Shown here: positions 33,275-46,380 of the stretch, piece by piece | Layout of the letters: every line of letters begins with the position of its first letter | Numbering within the stretch: the first letter of the stretch is position 1 | Assembly (NCBI RefSeq): GCF_009914755.1 | Contig: NC_060939.1 | Length of the DNA stretch: 64,000 nucleotides | Source of the DNA: the human T2T-CHM13v2.0 reference genome, Homo sapiens | Direction: 5' to 3' (one strand) | Position numbers and translations under genes: made by a program | The notes under the pieces: generated by a model | The model's database searches: none | Told to the model about the DNA's origin: nothing | What the model saw: the letters and a program-made list of their open reading frames with translations, nothing else

Positions 33275-36200
33275 GATATGAACAAATTTTGGCAACAATT
33301 TGAAAATTTAGAAAAAATGGACAAATTCTAAGAAAATACTACTTACTAAAGCAGACACTGGAAAAAAAGAAAATGTGAGTAATCTGATTTATATTAATGA
33401 AATTAAATATTTAACATATTCCATTTTGGAATAGTCCATGCCAGGATTTGCCTGCAAATTCTTCTAAAGATTTAATAATGGAATAGTAATTCTTTTATAA
33501 CACTTAGAGTTCTATAACAGTTAGTTTCTATAATTGCGGAAACCATTTCCAACACATTTTATGATGGCCACATTATCTTGATAGGAAATCTTACAGGGCA
33601 GTACACGAAATAAAAACAAAATCCAGGCTTCATATACAAACTGATGTAAAAATCTTATGCAAATTTTTAAGCAAATTCAGTAGCATATTTTAAAAGTTTA
33701 ATGTAGACTAACAAACTTCCTTTAATTCCAGAAATGCAAGTATGTTTTAACATTAAAAAATCAATGAGTAAACTTTTTTGATTTTGATAATTATACTTTG
33801 GTTATAGGGAGATGTCCTTTTTTTAGAAAGTCAAATTGATTCATTTGGAGGTATGTATCAGTCAGTTTTCATGCTGCTGATAAAGATATACCCAAGACTG
33901 GCCAATTTGCAAAAGAAAAGAGGTTTAATAGACTCACAGTTCCACATGGCTAGGGAAGCCTCACAATCACGGTAGAAGGTGAAAGCCACGTCTCAAGTGG
34001 TGGCAGACAAGAGAAGAGAGCTTGTGCAGGGAAATTCCCCTGTATAAAATCATCAGATCTTTTGAGACTTATTTGCTATCATGAGAACAGCATAGGAAAA
34101 ACGTGCCCCCATGATTCAATTACCTCCTACTGGGTCCCTCCCACACATGTGGGAATTCAAGATGAGATTTGAGTGGGGACACAGCCAAACCCTAACAGGG
34201 TAGAAGGGCAAATTTGACATATTAGTCTTAAATAATTCAAAAAAAAGAGAAGAATGACAGAGGAGGAAAAATCATAAATAAATGGAGCAAAACATAAACA
34301 ACTGATGAATCTGAAAATCTCAATAAAAATATTTTGTGGTTTCTTATACTTTTCTTGCAACTTTTGTGTTTGAAAGGTTATCCTCCTTCTGCTCAAATTT
34401 GCCAAAAACATTTAAAAGTCTACTAGTGCAATTTACTTCTGAATAAAAAGAAAAATCAGATGTTTGTCTAAAATCTCTGATAATAGTATTTTTTAGAATT
34501 GAAAACCTCAGCAAACTGTAGCATTTTAATTTGATAAACATAATCTTCAAAAAAAAAGAAAAAAATCTGCAGCAAAATCCTTCTTAATGTGAAATGTTAA
34601 ACATTTTGTCTGCAAGATAAAATATGAGGCTAGATTACTTATTCTCATTAGTCCATCCTACTTTATTTTAATCCATTCATAGCCAGTGCAAGAGGGCAAG
34701 GAGTAAAGACTAAAGACCAGAAAGGTAAAATGCCACTCCCATTTTCACACTATGCATTTCTGTTTATGAAATGTCCAAGATAATTTTCTACTTAATTATT
34801 AGAATTAATATAACAGTTTTGTTTGATTTCTGATATAAGGCCAATATTTTTAAAATTGTATTTCTTTATACAATAAATAGAAGATTAAAATATAAAAAAG
34901 ATACCCCTTTGAATAGCACCAAAACATCAAATACTTTAGATAAGTTTAATCAAATATATGCAAAATCTCCATAGAACTATATAACTTTATTAGGTAATAT
35001 TGAATGAAACTTAAATAAATAAAGAGATAGAATGTGTTCATAAATTGAAAACTTAAATTTATAAATATGTCCATTTTCCTAAATTCATCTGTTGATTACA
35101 GTATCAATCACAGTTCCAAGAGGCTTCTTTATCCATTGACATGTAGATTCTAGAACTTAGATGACAATGCAAAATGCTAAGAACAGCTAACATCTCAAAA
35201 AAGAACAAAGTACTTACAGTCCCAGATATCAAGGCTATAACATAAACAATAGTAATGAAGAAAGGTAAATATCACAAGCATAGATAGTCCAATATAACAG
35301 TATAGAATCCTGTATCAGTATGGAAAAAGAAATCTAGATTTTTACCTCACTTCATTCACAAAACCATTTCATTCATGTAGATCTAAATGGGAATGGAAAA
35401 GCAATAATTTTATAAGATAATAAAGAATATCTTCAGGGCCTTGGAAGGCAAGGATTTCCTAAGCAGGTTATGAAAAACATTAATGATTTGAACTGTATTA
35501 AAATTAAGTGTTTTCTTCCCTAAAAAGGCACCAGTAAGAGAGCAAAAGCAAGTGAAACTAGATTATTTGCGGTTTATATAATTGACAAATGGCTTATATG
35601 CAGAATACATAAAAATTCCAACATTAAAAAGACAGGCAACCCAATAGGAAAATGGGAAAGTATTTTGAAAAAGCAGTTTACAAAAGAGATTATACAAATA
35701 TCTAATAAACATTTTAAAAGACGTTCAACCTCACTTGTGCTTAAATATTAAGTCCATCGAGAAAAATACCATACATTCACCAGAAAAGTTAAAAGATAGG
35801 AAACAATTTAAAGTGTTGATTTGGTTTTGAGGCAACTGGAAATCTCTTACAATGCTATCAGATGAATTTCGAACAACCACTTTGGAAACAGGTTTCATAT
35901 TATCTACAACATTTGAACACATGAGTCCTGTATGATCTAAGAATTTCATTTCTGGGAATGCATTCAACAGAAATGTATGCACATATGTAGTCATAGAGAC
36001 TTATAACAATGTTCACAAATCGATTATTTAGCCACAGAAGGAAAGCAATGTCCAGCGAGACAGGAAAGAATAGTTGTATATGAACAGATTGTACTACTTT
36101 ACATCTATCAAAATGAATATTATAAAGATACACACAATAACATCTGTGAATCTTGATCATAATTTTGAACAAGAGGAACAAATACAAACACTTTCTGTAT

Positions 36201-37140
36201 TAGTCTATTTATAGGGGGTAAATTATTCTTTGCCATTTGACATCAGGACAGTGGTTACATTTTGGGAAAAGGGAGAGGGAAGTAATGTGGTTGGGGCATG
36301 AGGAGCCTCCTATGTCCTTTGAGTGTTTCTTGACCCAGGTTGGTAGTTTCATGGGTGTGTTCACTCTGAACTAATTCCTTGAGCTATACAATTATGATTT
36401 GTGTAATTCAATTATATTATATTTCAGTGGAAGCTTAAGAAAGAGAAACATTGCTGCTAAAATTCACTAAGTGAAGGCTTATGGGGAAGTAGACCTTCAT
36501 AGCATCCCATACTTGCAAAAGGGGCAATCTAACTGAAGGATGATATCAGTATCAGATATCAGATATCACACAAACCAGTGATCACTCTTAATGTCTCAAC
36601 TGTAGGTCAACCTGACATTACAAATTTTCTGATGTAGTACAACATGAGGTACAAAATTTCACCTGTGATTTATCTAGTCAAGCATGTTTAACTGGCAGCC
36701 ATTAAGGCATTAGGTGTAAATTTAGACACAGAAAGCAATCAAGCAAAGCCCTAAGGTATGCCATTTTGTAGGTAAATTGGCCTCATTCCTTTAACAAGTC
36801 AGTACCATTTAAAAAGGGGGGTAATTCTAGATTTTAAAAAAATTAAGTGACGGACAATTAGATATAATGTGCAGGACTGCACTGAGACTGATTTAAAGAA
36901 ATCAGCCCTAAAGAAAAATGTTTAATTAATTAAAGACATCTAAATACAGCATGGATATTATATATAATGAAAAGAAAAATGTGAAAATTATTGACTGAAA
37001 AAGAGGTTACAAAGTGTATATTTGATGAAAAATAATATGTAAGGCTAGAGGCAAAGGTACTAACAATGGTGGTTTCTTGTTTATAGGACTATTTCAACAC
37101 ATTTTGCTCCTCCACATTTGAAAACCTTTCTCTGATGCAC
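33275..37140 (+). mobile_element. Cluster of degenerate L1M (ME/MC) ORF2 and 3' UTR fragments
   Basis: Degenerate L1 text (AAATGGACAAATTC; AAAAAGAACAAAGT; ACCACTTTGGAAACAG; 3' UTR motifs); boundaries approximate. Confidence 0.6.
33854..34197 (-). mobile_element. THE1 solo LTR (THE1B/C-like)
   Basis: TGTATCAGTCAGTTTTCATGCTGCTGATAAAGA...GGGGACACAGCCAAACCCTAACA; TSD AGGTA/GGGTA. Confidence 0.9.
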
Positions 37141-38089
37141 ATATACTGTTTGTGTAATCATAAAATTATTTTTAAATGATTCAACATTTCTGAATAGCAA
37201 ATTACTATATGTGTATACTTTAAAATAGACAATTTATAGGGCTACACCCAACTTGTGGCTGTGCACTGTCCAGTTACTATACATGTACTTCTTACCCTCC
37301 TTTTAAGATCTAGTTATAAAATTCTGAATTCATTGAGGGCTATTAGCACAGCTACAATTGTTTATGCTTCTTCTAAGTTTGATATTTGTATGGTATTTTT
37401 AAAACTATATATCATGAACTTTTTATATATATTTGGGTATTTTCATATTTTAACTATAAAAAAGTACAATGTTTACTGAACAAAATAATAGAATAATTAT
37501 TTTTTTAAATGTAGAAATTAACAATTGCAGGCAATATCACTTCCCAGAAATAATTTCCAGTTTTATTACATTGTCATCACGGACTAAATTATACACTATT
37601 TTTACTTGTTGGAGTATGCTAAGGTTTTCATTGAGGCCCAATACTTTGTCCACTTTGGCTATTATTCCATGAGTATTTGAATAAATATGGACATATTAGT
37701 TATCCTCCATTAATTGCTTATGTCCTCCTAAATCTCACTTATGTTTTTTCACTTGATCTCCCATCAGCTGAAAAATAGCATTATAAATTGTCTTTTAAAA
37801 AATGCTTCTGAAGTTTTGTGCTTTCTGAATTTTGCATACATATTTAATAAATATTTATGACAGTTACTTATTTATATTGACCTCTTTATTGATACAAAGT
37901 GCCTTTGTCCTACTTCGTATTTTTTTACCAATCATGAATAAAACCTGTTTGTTCTAAATATTGTGATCTTTGCTTTTTTAAAAAAATTTCCATTTGCCTG
38001 TAATTCTTTTGCCCAAAGCTTCACTTTCAAGCTTTTGAGTTAATTTTTATTAGAGTTGCTGCTTGTATGCAATAAATCACTGGCTTTGT

Positions 38090-38579
38090 TACTGAATGTA
38101 ATCCTGGAAGGAATTATGATTCCTCTCAGAGTTTCCACTGTCAAGAACCTAAAGAGTCTGTTTACAGAGATGTAGCTAGGGTTAAAAAAATAAGAGAGAG
38201 AGAGAGAGAGATGCAGAGGAACAAAGACATCAACCACGGAAGCCATAAAGGGACAAGAGAAAAGATAGTATTACCAGAGCTAAGTGAGTTCTGGAGCTGC
38301 AAGGAAAGGTCACATAACAGGAGTTCTAGTTATGGAGAGATGCAGCCCCTGGCAGAAGCACAGAACCAAAGCAGAGGGAATCGGGGAAGAAATAACCCAT
38401 TCTCCTCTCCACCTAACTTGAACCCTACAGGAGCCTCCCACTGAGTGCCTTCTGCTGAAATTCAGGCTACGAAGGAATCTGGATGATGTTGACTGCATGG
38501 CTGTGCATCCATGAGCACAGAGCAAGTTAGACAAGGGAAGAAAATAAATCCATGAAGTCAATAGAAACTTACCAGAACA
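38090..38579 (-). mobile_element. Ancient LTR (LTR78/79-like), putative 3' LTR of an ERV-L remnant
   Basis: Colinear similarity to 40960-41351 (GAGCACAGA, GAATCTGGATGAT/GAACCTGAATGAT, ends in ACA); abuts the internal region. Confidence 0.5.
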
Positions 38580-40700
38580 TTACTCTGACTTTGCATTCAT
38601 TCTTGCCTCTTGCTTAGATTAAGAAAATTGGATCTCCAGTACAGGGAGACCACAGTCCTAGCATAATTTAAATTGTGGCAGGGTGTCAGCAATTCAGTCT
38701 TATTCCCAACTGGATTATAAATGTTAATGTCACCCACTATCAATACTCTTTATATGAGATAGCAAGGAGAGTGAGGGGAAAGAAATATTCAGTTAACATA
38801 AATATGTAAATTAGCTAATACTGTTTCACTTTTGGTCATGAGGCTAAATTGTATCATCATAAAATCCTTTTTCTATCATCCATTCCATTTTCAAGCAACC
38901 CTTTACTACTTCTGTGGTACAGGAATTACTGTCTCATGGGATGACCCAAATCCTCATTTCATAGGATCAAAATCCCTAGTGATCCTGTCTTTATTTGGTG
39001 GCTCTTTATGGGACATATAAATGCTAAAAGGCTCCACAGCAGATCTCCTGGATTCCAACTAGGCCTACTTGCCTAATTTTCCTTTGTTAATCAGAATTAA
39101 TCAATCCACTTAGTATAATTAAACTCTGTATTGCCAGTTAGGTCAATGGTATTAGGAGCTAAAAATAGCAAGGGTGCAATTTCAGGTCCAAATTTAACGG
39201 AAACACAGCTATATTTCTTGAAAGAAATGTTCCTTCCTTGGAAAAGAGAACCTCCAAAGCTACCAAATACAAGTTTCCAGGAAGGGAAACAAAATTCCAT
39301 AAATAGAATATTAGGTAAAATAATTCTACTTCTTAGTTCCTGATCCTACATATTCTGGCTTTTGGAAATATGGCTTATATATCAGCTAATAGTTTAATCT
39401 GTTAGGCCAACACCACAATTTCAAACAATATTGTGTCACAGCTGGCACTGAAACTGAGCGTTTAGGAAGCCACTCCATCATTCTATCAGGCCAGCTGCTT
39501 GCTGGTGATGGGACATGTGGGGAAACATGTGCATGGATCTTTTGTGACAATTTGTTTTGCTGTAAAATGAGTTTCCTTGTCAAAGGCAATGTAGTATGGG
39601 ATGTTATGGCAATGAATAAAGCATTCTATAAGGTGACATATGGTGACACTGGTAGAAGCATTGAGGGCAGAGAAGAGAAACCCATTTCCAGAATACGTAT
39701 TTGGTTTTATGTGGACAAATGATTGCTTACTCCACAATATAAAGGATTCAATGTAATCACCCTGGCACCAGGTGACTGGTCGGTGTCCCTATGAAATGGT
39801 GCCATATGAGGAACACATTGGCCCTTGGTATTAACAAGTTGGACACTCAGTGATAGTAGACAGATCAGGGTTGCTAAAGGGTAGTCCATTGTGTTGAGTT
39901 CATGCATATTTACCATCCATACAACTATGACTACTTTTTGCATGGTTCCACTAAGTAAGCACCAGTATCACTGGGAGAAAGCTTGATAGACATCCACAGG
40001 AAAGATCAGACACCTAATCTACCTGATTGTTGAGCACCTTCTCTTTAGGGGATTTCCCTGTTGAATATGAATGAGAGTTGAGGAAAATTTGATAACTAAG
40101 CAGGAATAGCTAATAAAGGTCTGAACCACCTGCTCATTCAATATACTTGTGACTCCCCTTCCTGTTCAGCCTTAATGTCACCCATATCGATTCCATTATA
40201 TAATAACCTGCTAATTTTCAAGCACAATTTTAAGATTTGATAACTTGGATAGCACCCAGTTGATGGTGAACACTTCAAATCACATAGTTACATGGTGACA
40301 AGCCAGACTTCTTAAATAGATAAAAATATTTGGCAGAAGGGGACATAGTTTTGTTCCAAAATCATTAGTTAGGTGAACTGTGATTGTCTTCTTGGGGTTA
40401 CTGAGAATCTTCAAACAGCATTACTCTAAGCCAGATACTTAGATCTACTGAGTCAAAATGCCCATGCAGCAGAGGAGTGTACAGCACAGACTGAACCTGC
40501 TGCAAAGAGCTATTTGTTCTAAATGGGTAGACTTGTGAGTTAGCCTGTAAATAGGTTTGAATACACACAAATTAGTAATGTTACTTCCAAAATCCAGAGT
40601 AGCCTCTCAGTCACTCTGCTCTTTCTGTGTGGTAGGCAGTACAAGGTATAGCTACCTGTTATTCCCTAAGAAAGAGATATTCTTACATACCCCATTTTGT
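38580..40700 (-). mobile_element. ERV-L internal remnant with degenerate integrase
   Basis: ORF 39486..39737 (-) NTYSGNGFLFSALNASTSVTICHLIECFIHCHNIPYYIAFDKETHFTAK matches the ERV-L integrase core pattern (DTYSGYGFAFP..NAS..TI..L.ECLIH.HGIP..IASDQGTHFTAK). Confidence 0.8.
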
Positions 40701-40751
40701 AATAGCTTCTACATTAATTGGGACCCTTGTATAAAACAGAAATCTGCTTCA

Positions 40752-40896
40752 GGCTTGGTATGGTGGCTCACACCTGTAATCCCAGCATTTTGGGAGGCCA
40801 AGGCGGGAGGTCACTTGAGCCTAGGAGTTCAAGACCACCCTGGGCAACATAGCGACCCCATCACTATTATTAAAAAAAGAAAGAAAGAAAAGAAAA
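40752..40896 (+). mobile_element. Free left Alu monomer (FLAM-like)
   Basis: Left arm only with A-rich tail; perfect 14-bp TSD AGAAATCTGCTTCA (40738-40751, 40897-40910). Confidence 0.9.
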
Positions 40897-40959
40897 AGAA
40901 ATCTGCTTCAATGGTCCACAATAGACACTTTGGTGAATGGACTACTTACCTCAGTTACA

Positions 40960-41351
40960 GCAGGAATTAAAACCCCAGCAAGGGATTCTGTAATACTCAG
41001 ACACCAGGAACAGTGAAACGCTGTTACCATCCCTAGACCTGAAGGGGCAAGGTGTATAATTTGTATTATTGAAGCCTAGGAAGAGCTGGTGCTGTGGAGA
41101 AGAGTTATCTGATAGAAACTATATTCATGCAGAATTAGGAAGAAAGTAGGGAATAGATATCAGGATTTCTCTCTCTCTCCTTCTGCCATCTGACCCATTG
41201 CCAGTGCCTTACATTAATCCAGTTCAACTAGGAGCTAGCTGGCAGAGGAACCTGAATGATAAAGTCTTAGGAGTTCACCTCCTGGAGCACAGAACAGAGT
41301 ACTGAAAGTCAGATAAAGGATTTGGGTGGAGCTAACAGAATTATCAACACA
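40960..41351 (-). mobile_element. Ancient LTR (LTR78/79-like), putative 5' LTR of the ERV-L remnant
   Basis: CTGTTACCATCCCTAGACCTGAAGGGGCAAGG...CTCCTGGAGCACAGAACAG...TATCAACACA. Confidence 0.55.
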
Positions 41352-43879
41352 TTTTTTCTTGTCCAATATCAGTCTTTTGCTTTAATTATTAATTTTATTT
41401 CATTACATATAACAGTGAATATATGTTTAGTTTGAGTTTTGACATCTTATGTAATGATTTCTGCTTTGAATGTTTTCTTTTTTCACATTTTCCTATAATA
41501 TATTCTTTGTGTATATGTTTGCATTTGCCTTCCATAAGATTTTGTGTGTATGTATGTGTATGTGTATCAGTTATGATGATACACAGCAGAAAAAAATATT
41601 TTTAAATCTGCAAATATATATAAAGTAGAGATGCACCAAATAAATATTTGGCCAAACACTGAAAAGCTGAGTATCAACATCATTATTCACTTGAAGCTGA
41701 ATATTACTATCGTAGAATGAATCCAAAGTGTTATGAAATTCAATTTTGATTGCAATATTTGCCACTGAAATTCCGGTAATCAAAAATGTAAAGCTTGACG
41801 TTATTCAAGGACAGTAATTTCTTGGCATTGTCAGCTGCAATATTGTTCCTGTGATCATCATAGCACAGGCAGATGCTAATTTGTCTACCTTCCTATATCA
41901 TACATAGGAGGAAATTCCCACCAAATTATTACACTTTCTTCCGCTATAATATTAAAAAATAAAGTATATCTATCAAGACTGTGGATCCTGAAAATGTAGT
42001 TGATGGTGACGATGCAGCTTCATTGAAGCAATCCCCCAGCAACCGCAGCTTTGCACACTTGACTATTTTTAGAAGTGGAATTAGAATGGATGCCTTGAAA
42101 TACATATTTTTATTCTTATATTTTCCTGCACTTGTTCCATAATCACTTGAGAATATTTCTCTATAAACCTTTACTTTTAAATGTGGCAATGGAAAAGTGA
42201 AAATAGCTTTTAAGATAAAACAATTGTCTCTGAATTTTCAGCTGCATCTAAACTTCCATGATGCAAGCTAATTTCATACGTCCTCCAGTTTAGGATGACA
42301 GGAAGAGCTTTACCACAGGTACCTTGTAAGAAATATGTGCATTCTAATGGCATATTGCATTGGTGATTTCCCCAACAGATTATAGCAAACAGACTAATTT
42401 CTCTTTAAGCAACCACTGGATCTTAAAAAGTCCTGAGATGGAAGCTGCGCCGTCAAGGTTTGTTCAAGCACCCACTTTATAATATGTGACCACTGCCAAT
42501 TTATCTTGTATAGGTTCATAACAAAGCAGTTCCAAAATTGTATGCCTGTCATGTAGTATATCTTTAGCTGAAGATTTTAAGATTTCACTTTGGTTAGTTA
42601 ACACTTGAAAGTAAATACTCAGATACTAACAACAAATCTAAAGGATCATGAGGTCACTGATCCCATATGAGCTTAGGGATGCCAGAAATGTGGATGGATT
42701 AGATCAGTTTTCTAATCTGAACTCCCAAAATATGAGGCAAAACTAAAGGTGAATGGAGAATTCGGCTAATCCAGAGGGTAGACATGCACACACGTGAGTG
42801 CAAGTGTGTGCTTGCATGAGATATGTACCCTCCGGGGCCCTGAGAAAGTAGTGGCAGAGATAGACTTCACAGGGACACCTGGGCACTGCCCCTGCCTTTA
42901 CACATTTGTCAGGTATATTGGCTCATGGGCTCATTCTCTTTATCAGAGAAAGATTACAGGTTTCTAATATAAACACCAAAAGATCAGGTGATATATTATT
43001 GAAAGTTCACTGCCTATTATAGCCTGAGTAATATAACAAAATAATGGCATATGGATGGTCTGATGGCAATATTAGTTTCTTCTACTAGGTAGGGAAGGAG
43101 GTGCCTTTCTCTTTTTGTGAATGTGGGCCTTTGTTGTAAATCGGGAGTTGACATATTTCTGGAACTTAAGGGAAAACCACATCCAACCAGAGCCTAACCT
43201 TTTAATCCATCCAAGAGTTTACTTAATTCACCCAATTAAAATATGGATTCTCTATAATACCTATTCATAATCTCTTTAGTCCATATTTTCTCCATTATGT
43301 CCAACTCCCACCATTCAGCTGTTATGTACGGTGAGAGCTATTTTTAAGATTGTAGAATTAATTACTGAAAATATGTACTCCCTAAATCTACAGACTCATA
43401 AAATCCATATTCACCTCTGCATTCCAGTGATCAGAAAAAATATGGGACATATTTCCAAATATAACTCCTTCACTGTCTCTTTTCAACAGAGCATAACAGA
43501 GTGACAGAATTGAAGGGAGAGGGCAGATAATTTAAAAATATTATATAGGGGGCCACCTCTTGAAAAGGAAGTCTAATATTCTACAGGAAGGCTCTGGCCC
43601 TAGGTTTTCATCTGTAAATCATAGTTACTCTAACTCTTCTAGTTACCAGAAGGAACATTTTCTTTATTCATGTTGTTATGTTGTTCATCTTGGAAAGGGA
43701 AAGTAAGAGCTTTGTAATAACACCTAAGATAATAATGGCTTCACAGATTACTGTGATCATACAGGACAGTATGTTTTATAGTTTTAGATTTCTTAAAATC
43801 TGGGCCACAAACAGAAAATATTTCATGTAAGGAGTAGAAACCAATCTAAGAAGAAGGGCAAAGAAAACAACTAAACATG

Positions 43880-44200
43880 CTTTGCTTGAAAGAAGGAGGA
43901 CTTAAGGCAACATTAGAGTTGTTTTCAAATATTTGAAGGCTTGCCAATGAATGACCAAGGAGACAAATTTTATGCAGCCATTAAGGGTGAAGAAAGAAAT
44001 GGTGGATACAAGTTTTAGGATGGCATATGTAAACTACTATAAGGAATTAATAATTACTATCATACATGGATTGCTTTAAGGGATGGGGGACACAAACAGA
44101 AGGATCAAAACAGAGTCTTATGGTTAGAAATGCTGTAGAGAAAATATGGCCATTGAATGGGGAGTTAGACTAATTAAGCTGTATAGACCTTTTCAATTTG
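43880..44200 (+). mobile_element. L3/CR1 3' fragment
   Basis: TTCAAATATTTGAAGG...GGGGAGTTAGACTA...ACCTTTTCAA, typical of a CR1/L3 3' end. Confidence 0.65.
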
Positions 44201-44309
44201 ATTAAAATTGTATGAGTTATATGAAATTGTATGAGATAGTACTGATATTTAAGGATTATTGTATTATTTTCCTATTTGTCGGGCTAACAAGAGTGAAGGC
44301 AATGCATGA

Positions 44310-44520
44310 TAAATGTGGTATAGTGATGATTACTAAATTTGGAGTTGGAAACATGGAGCTTGAATTCAGAATTCAGTTCTATCACTGACACTAGTAAATT
44401 AGAATAAATAATTAACTTATCTGAGACTCAATTCATTTATTAAACATAATGATAATTATACTATATACCTCACAAGATTATTATGTGACTTAAATTAGGT
44501 AGCATGTATTCAGCACAACA
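44310..44520 (+). mobile_element. MIR
   Basis: GGTATAGTG...TTTGGAGTTGG...AACTTATCTGAGACTCA...ATAATGATAA..TACCTCACAAGATT. Confidence 0.65.
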
Positions 44521-45013
44521 AACGCTTAGAAATGGCCTAATATGTGCACTTGCAACTGTGACAAGCTGAGTCACAAAGATGAGAAAGTGGCAGTTGCAGC
44601 CTAAAATGTTGCTAGGTTTTTATAACACATACAGAGATAGCTATAATTCAACAGGGAAAATGCTATAACAGAGGTGAATTTAAAAGTACCTTATGAACAA
44701 ATGAAGTTGGGAAAGGTTGATTTTGGAGATGAATTAGAAAAACATGCAGAAAAGAAGTGCCATAAATCTTGCAAGACAAACAGTATTTAGGAAGTATGTA
44801 AAAATATACCAGAAATAGTCAGCATGAGCAAATGCATAGATATTGAATAAAAATCTGCCTAAGCCCTGTCTCCGAAAAAAATATAAAATGTAAGCCCTTC
44901 ATGGGGAACAACAAATAGTAAAAGCTGACTTGAGTATGTATTTGAACACACCTGGTATGGTATGTGGAAGATAGCAGGTACACAATATGTGCTTTTTTAA
45001 AAAACAGAGTGCT

Positions 45014-46293
45014 TGACTTCTGGTTCTGGCCATAATAAAATAATGGATTTCAGACTGATTCTTCTGCTGTAAGCAACTATAAAACTAGACAAAATGTACG
45101 ATGTTCCCGTTTTAAAGCATTCTACAACACACAGCATAGAGTCATGATCCTTGAAGTGAACTCCACATTTAAAGCTGGCCTTTTATATAAGGCTACTTCC
45201 AAAACTGCAGAGAAGGAAAGAGGAGCCTAAATAGATAGCAGCATTTTTTCTGAATGGAGAAACAGATTGTAGGATGCAGCTGAGGTGGCTGGAATTTATG
45301 AAGAAGATTCCAGAGAAGAGAGAGTCAACCTGAGAAAGAGATCTAAAAATCTACAAATGAAGTCTTCTTGAATTTTTTGAGTGAACAACATATTACGCAT
45401 GTACAGAGTAAGATTTCAGAAGGCCACACAGAGAACAGTTTCTGAGAGGCAATGAGCTGAATGAGGATTTCACTGGTTCAACAATGTTGAGAGCCATTAG
45501 AGTTTCAACTAGCCGAAGTGAAAAGACTCACTAAGCAACTCCCAGCGTTTAAATAAGAACTCAGGAAAGTCAGCTTCCAAAGTAGGGCTCATCTACTCCT
45601 ATCAGAAGAAATACTCTAAAATCAGCCTTAAAAACCTAAAAATAAGCACCAACTGGATCAAACTAATGTGCCAGTAAATTAAGTGTCTGCTCAAAATAAA
45701 ATTCAACACACTTCTACCAAAGACAGAAGTCTGGAATCTAAATAATATAATATGAAAAATGTCAAATATAAAGTAAAAACAATTATTAAACTTGCACAAA
45801 TAGTGGAAAACTATGAGAAAATTAGGAGAAAAATAAGCAATAGAAACAGACCTAAGATAGCCAGGATGTTGTTAAGAATAAAAACAAGCATTATTAAGCT
45901 GGTATTAAAATATGTCCAAGGATTTAGAAGAAAAAATGGAAGACACTGGAGAGATGTAGAATATCAACAAAGTAATACAATTAAAAATTCTTAATTGTAG
46001 GCAGGAGAAAAGGCACATAATAGAAAAGGGAATAATGGTAAAAAATACTTCTGACTTCTCATCAGAACAAATGTAAGCTAAATGAAAATCTAAAAATTAT
46101 TTAAAGTATAGAGAAGAAATAATAAGTCATTTCAGAACTACATATCCAGTGAAAATAATCTTCAAAAGGCAAAATTAACACTTTAATAAGGTTAAAATAA
46201 TAGGTGAAAGAATTCGTTACCACCAGAAAAGCACTACAAGAAATGTTAAAGCATGCTCTTCAAGCAGAAGAGTAGTGATAAAAAATGTAAACT
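45014..46293 (+). mobile_element. Old L1M (L1ME/MC-type) 5' UTR and ORF1 remnant
   Basis: GACTTCTGGTTCTGGCC...CAACTATAAAACTAGACAAAAT 5'-end pattern; ORF1 3' text GCACTACAAGAAATGTTAAAG..CTTCAAGCAGAAG. Confidence 0.65.
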
Positions 46294-46380
46294 CTGTCTT
46301 GTGCCAGTTTTCAAAGGGAATGCTTCCAGTTTTTGTCCATTCAGTATGATATTGGCTGTGGGTTTGTCATAGATAGCTCT
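46294..46380 (-). mobile_element. 87-bp internal fragment of a young L1PA (ORF2 RT region)
   Basis: CTGTCTTGTGCCAGTTTTCAAAGGGAATGCTTCCAGTTTTTGTCCATTCAGTATGATATTGGCTGTGGGTTTGTCATAGATAGCTCT is near-identical to recalled L1HS antisense; no tail and no TSD. Confidence 0.9.

Noticed and set aside
42783-42818. Imperfect hairpin CATGCACACAC...GTGTGTGCTTGCATG with a CACGTG E-box
   Set aside because: It is short and explained by adjacent CA and TG low-complexity runs, and is too small for a pre-miRNA.
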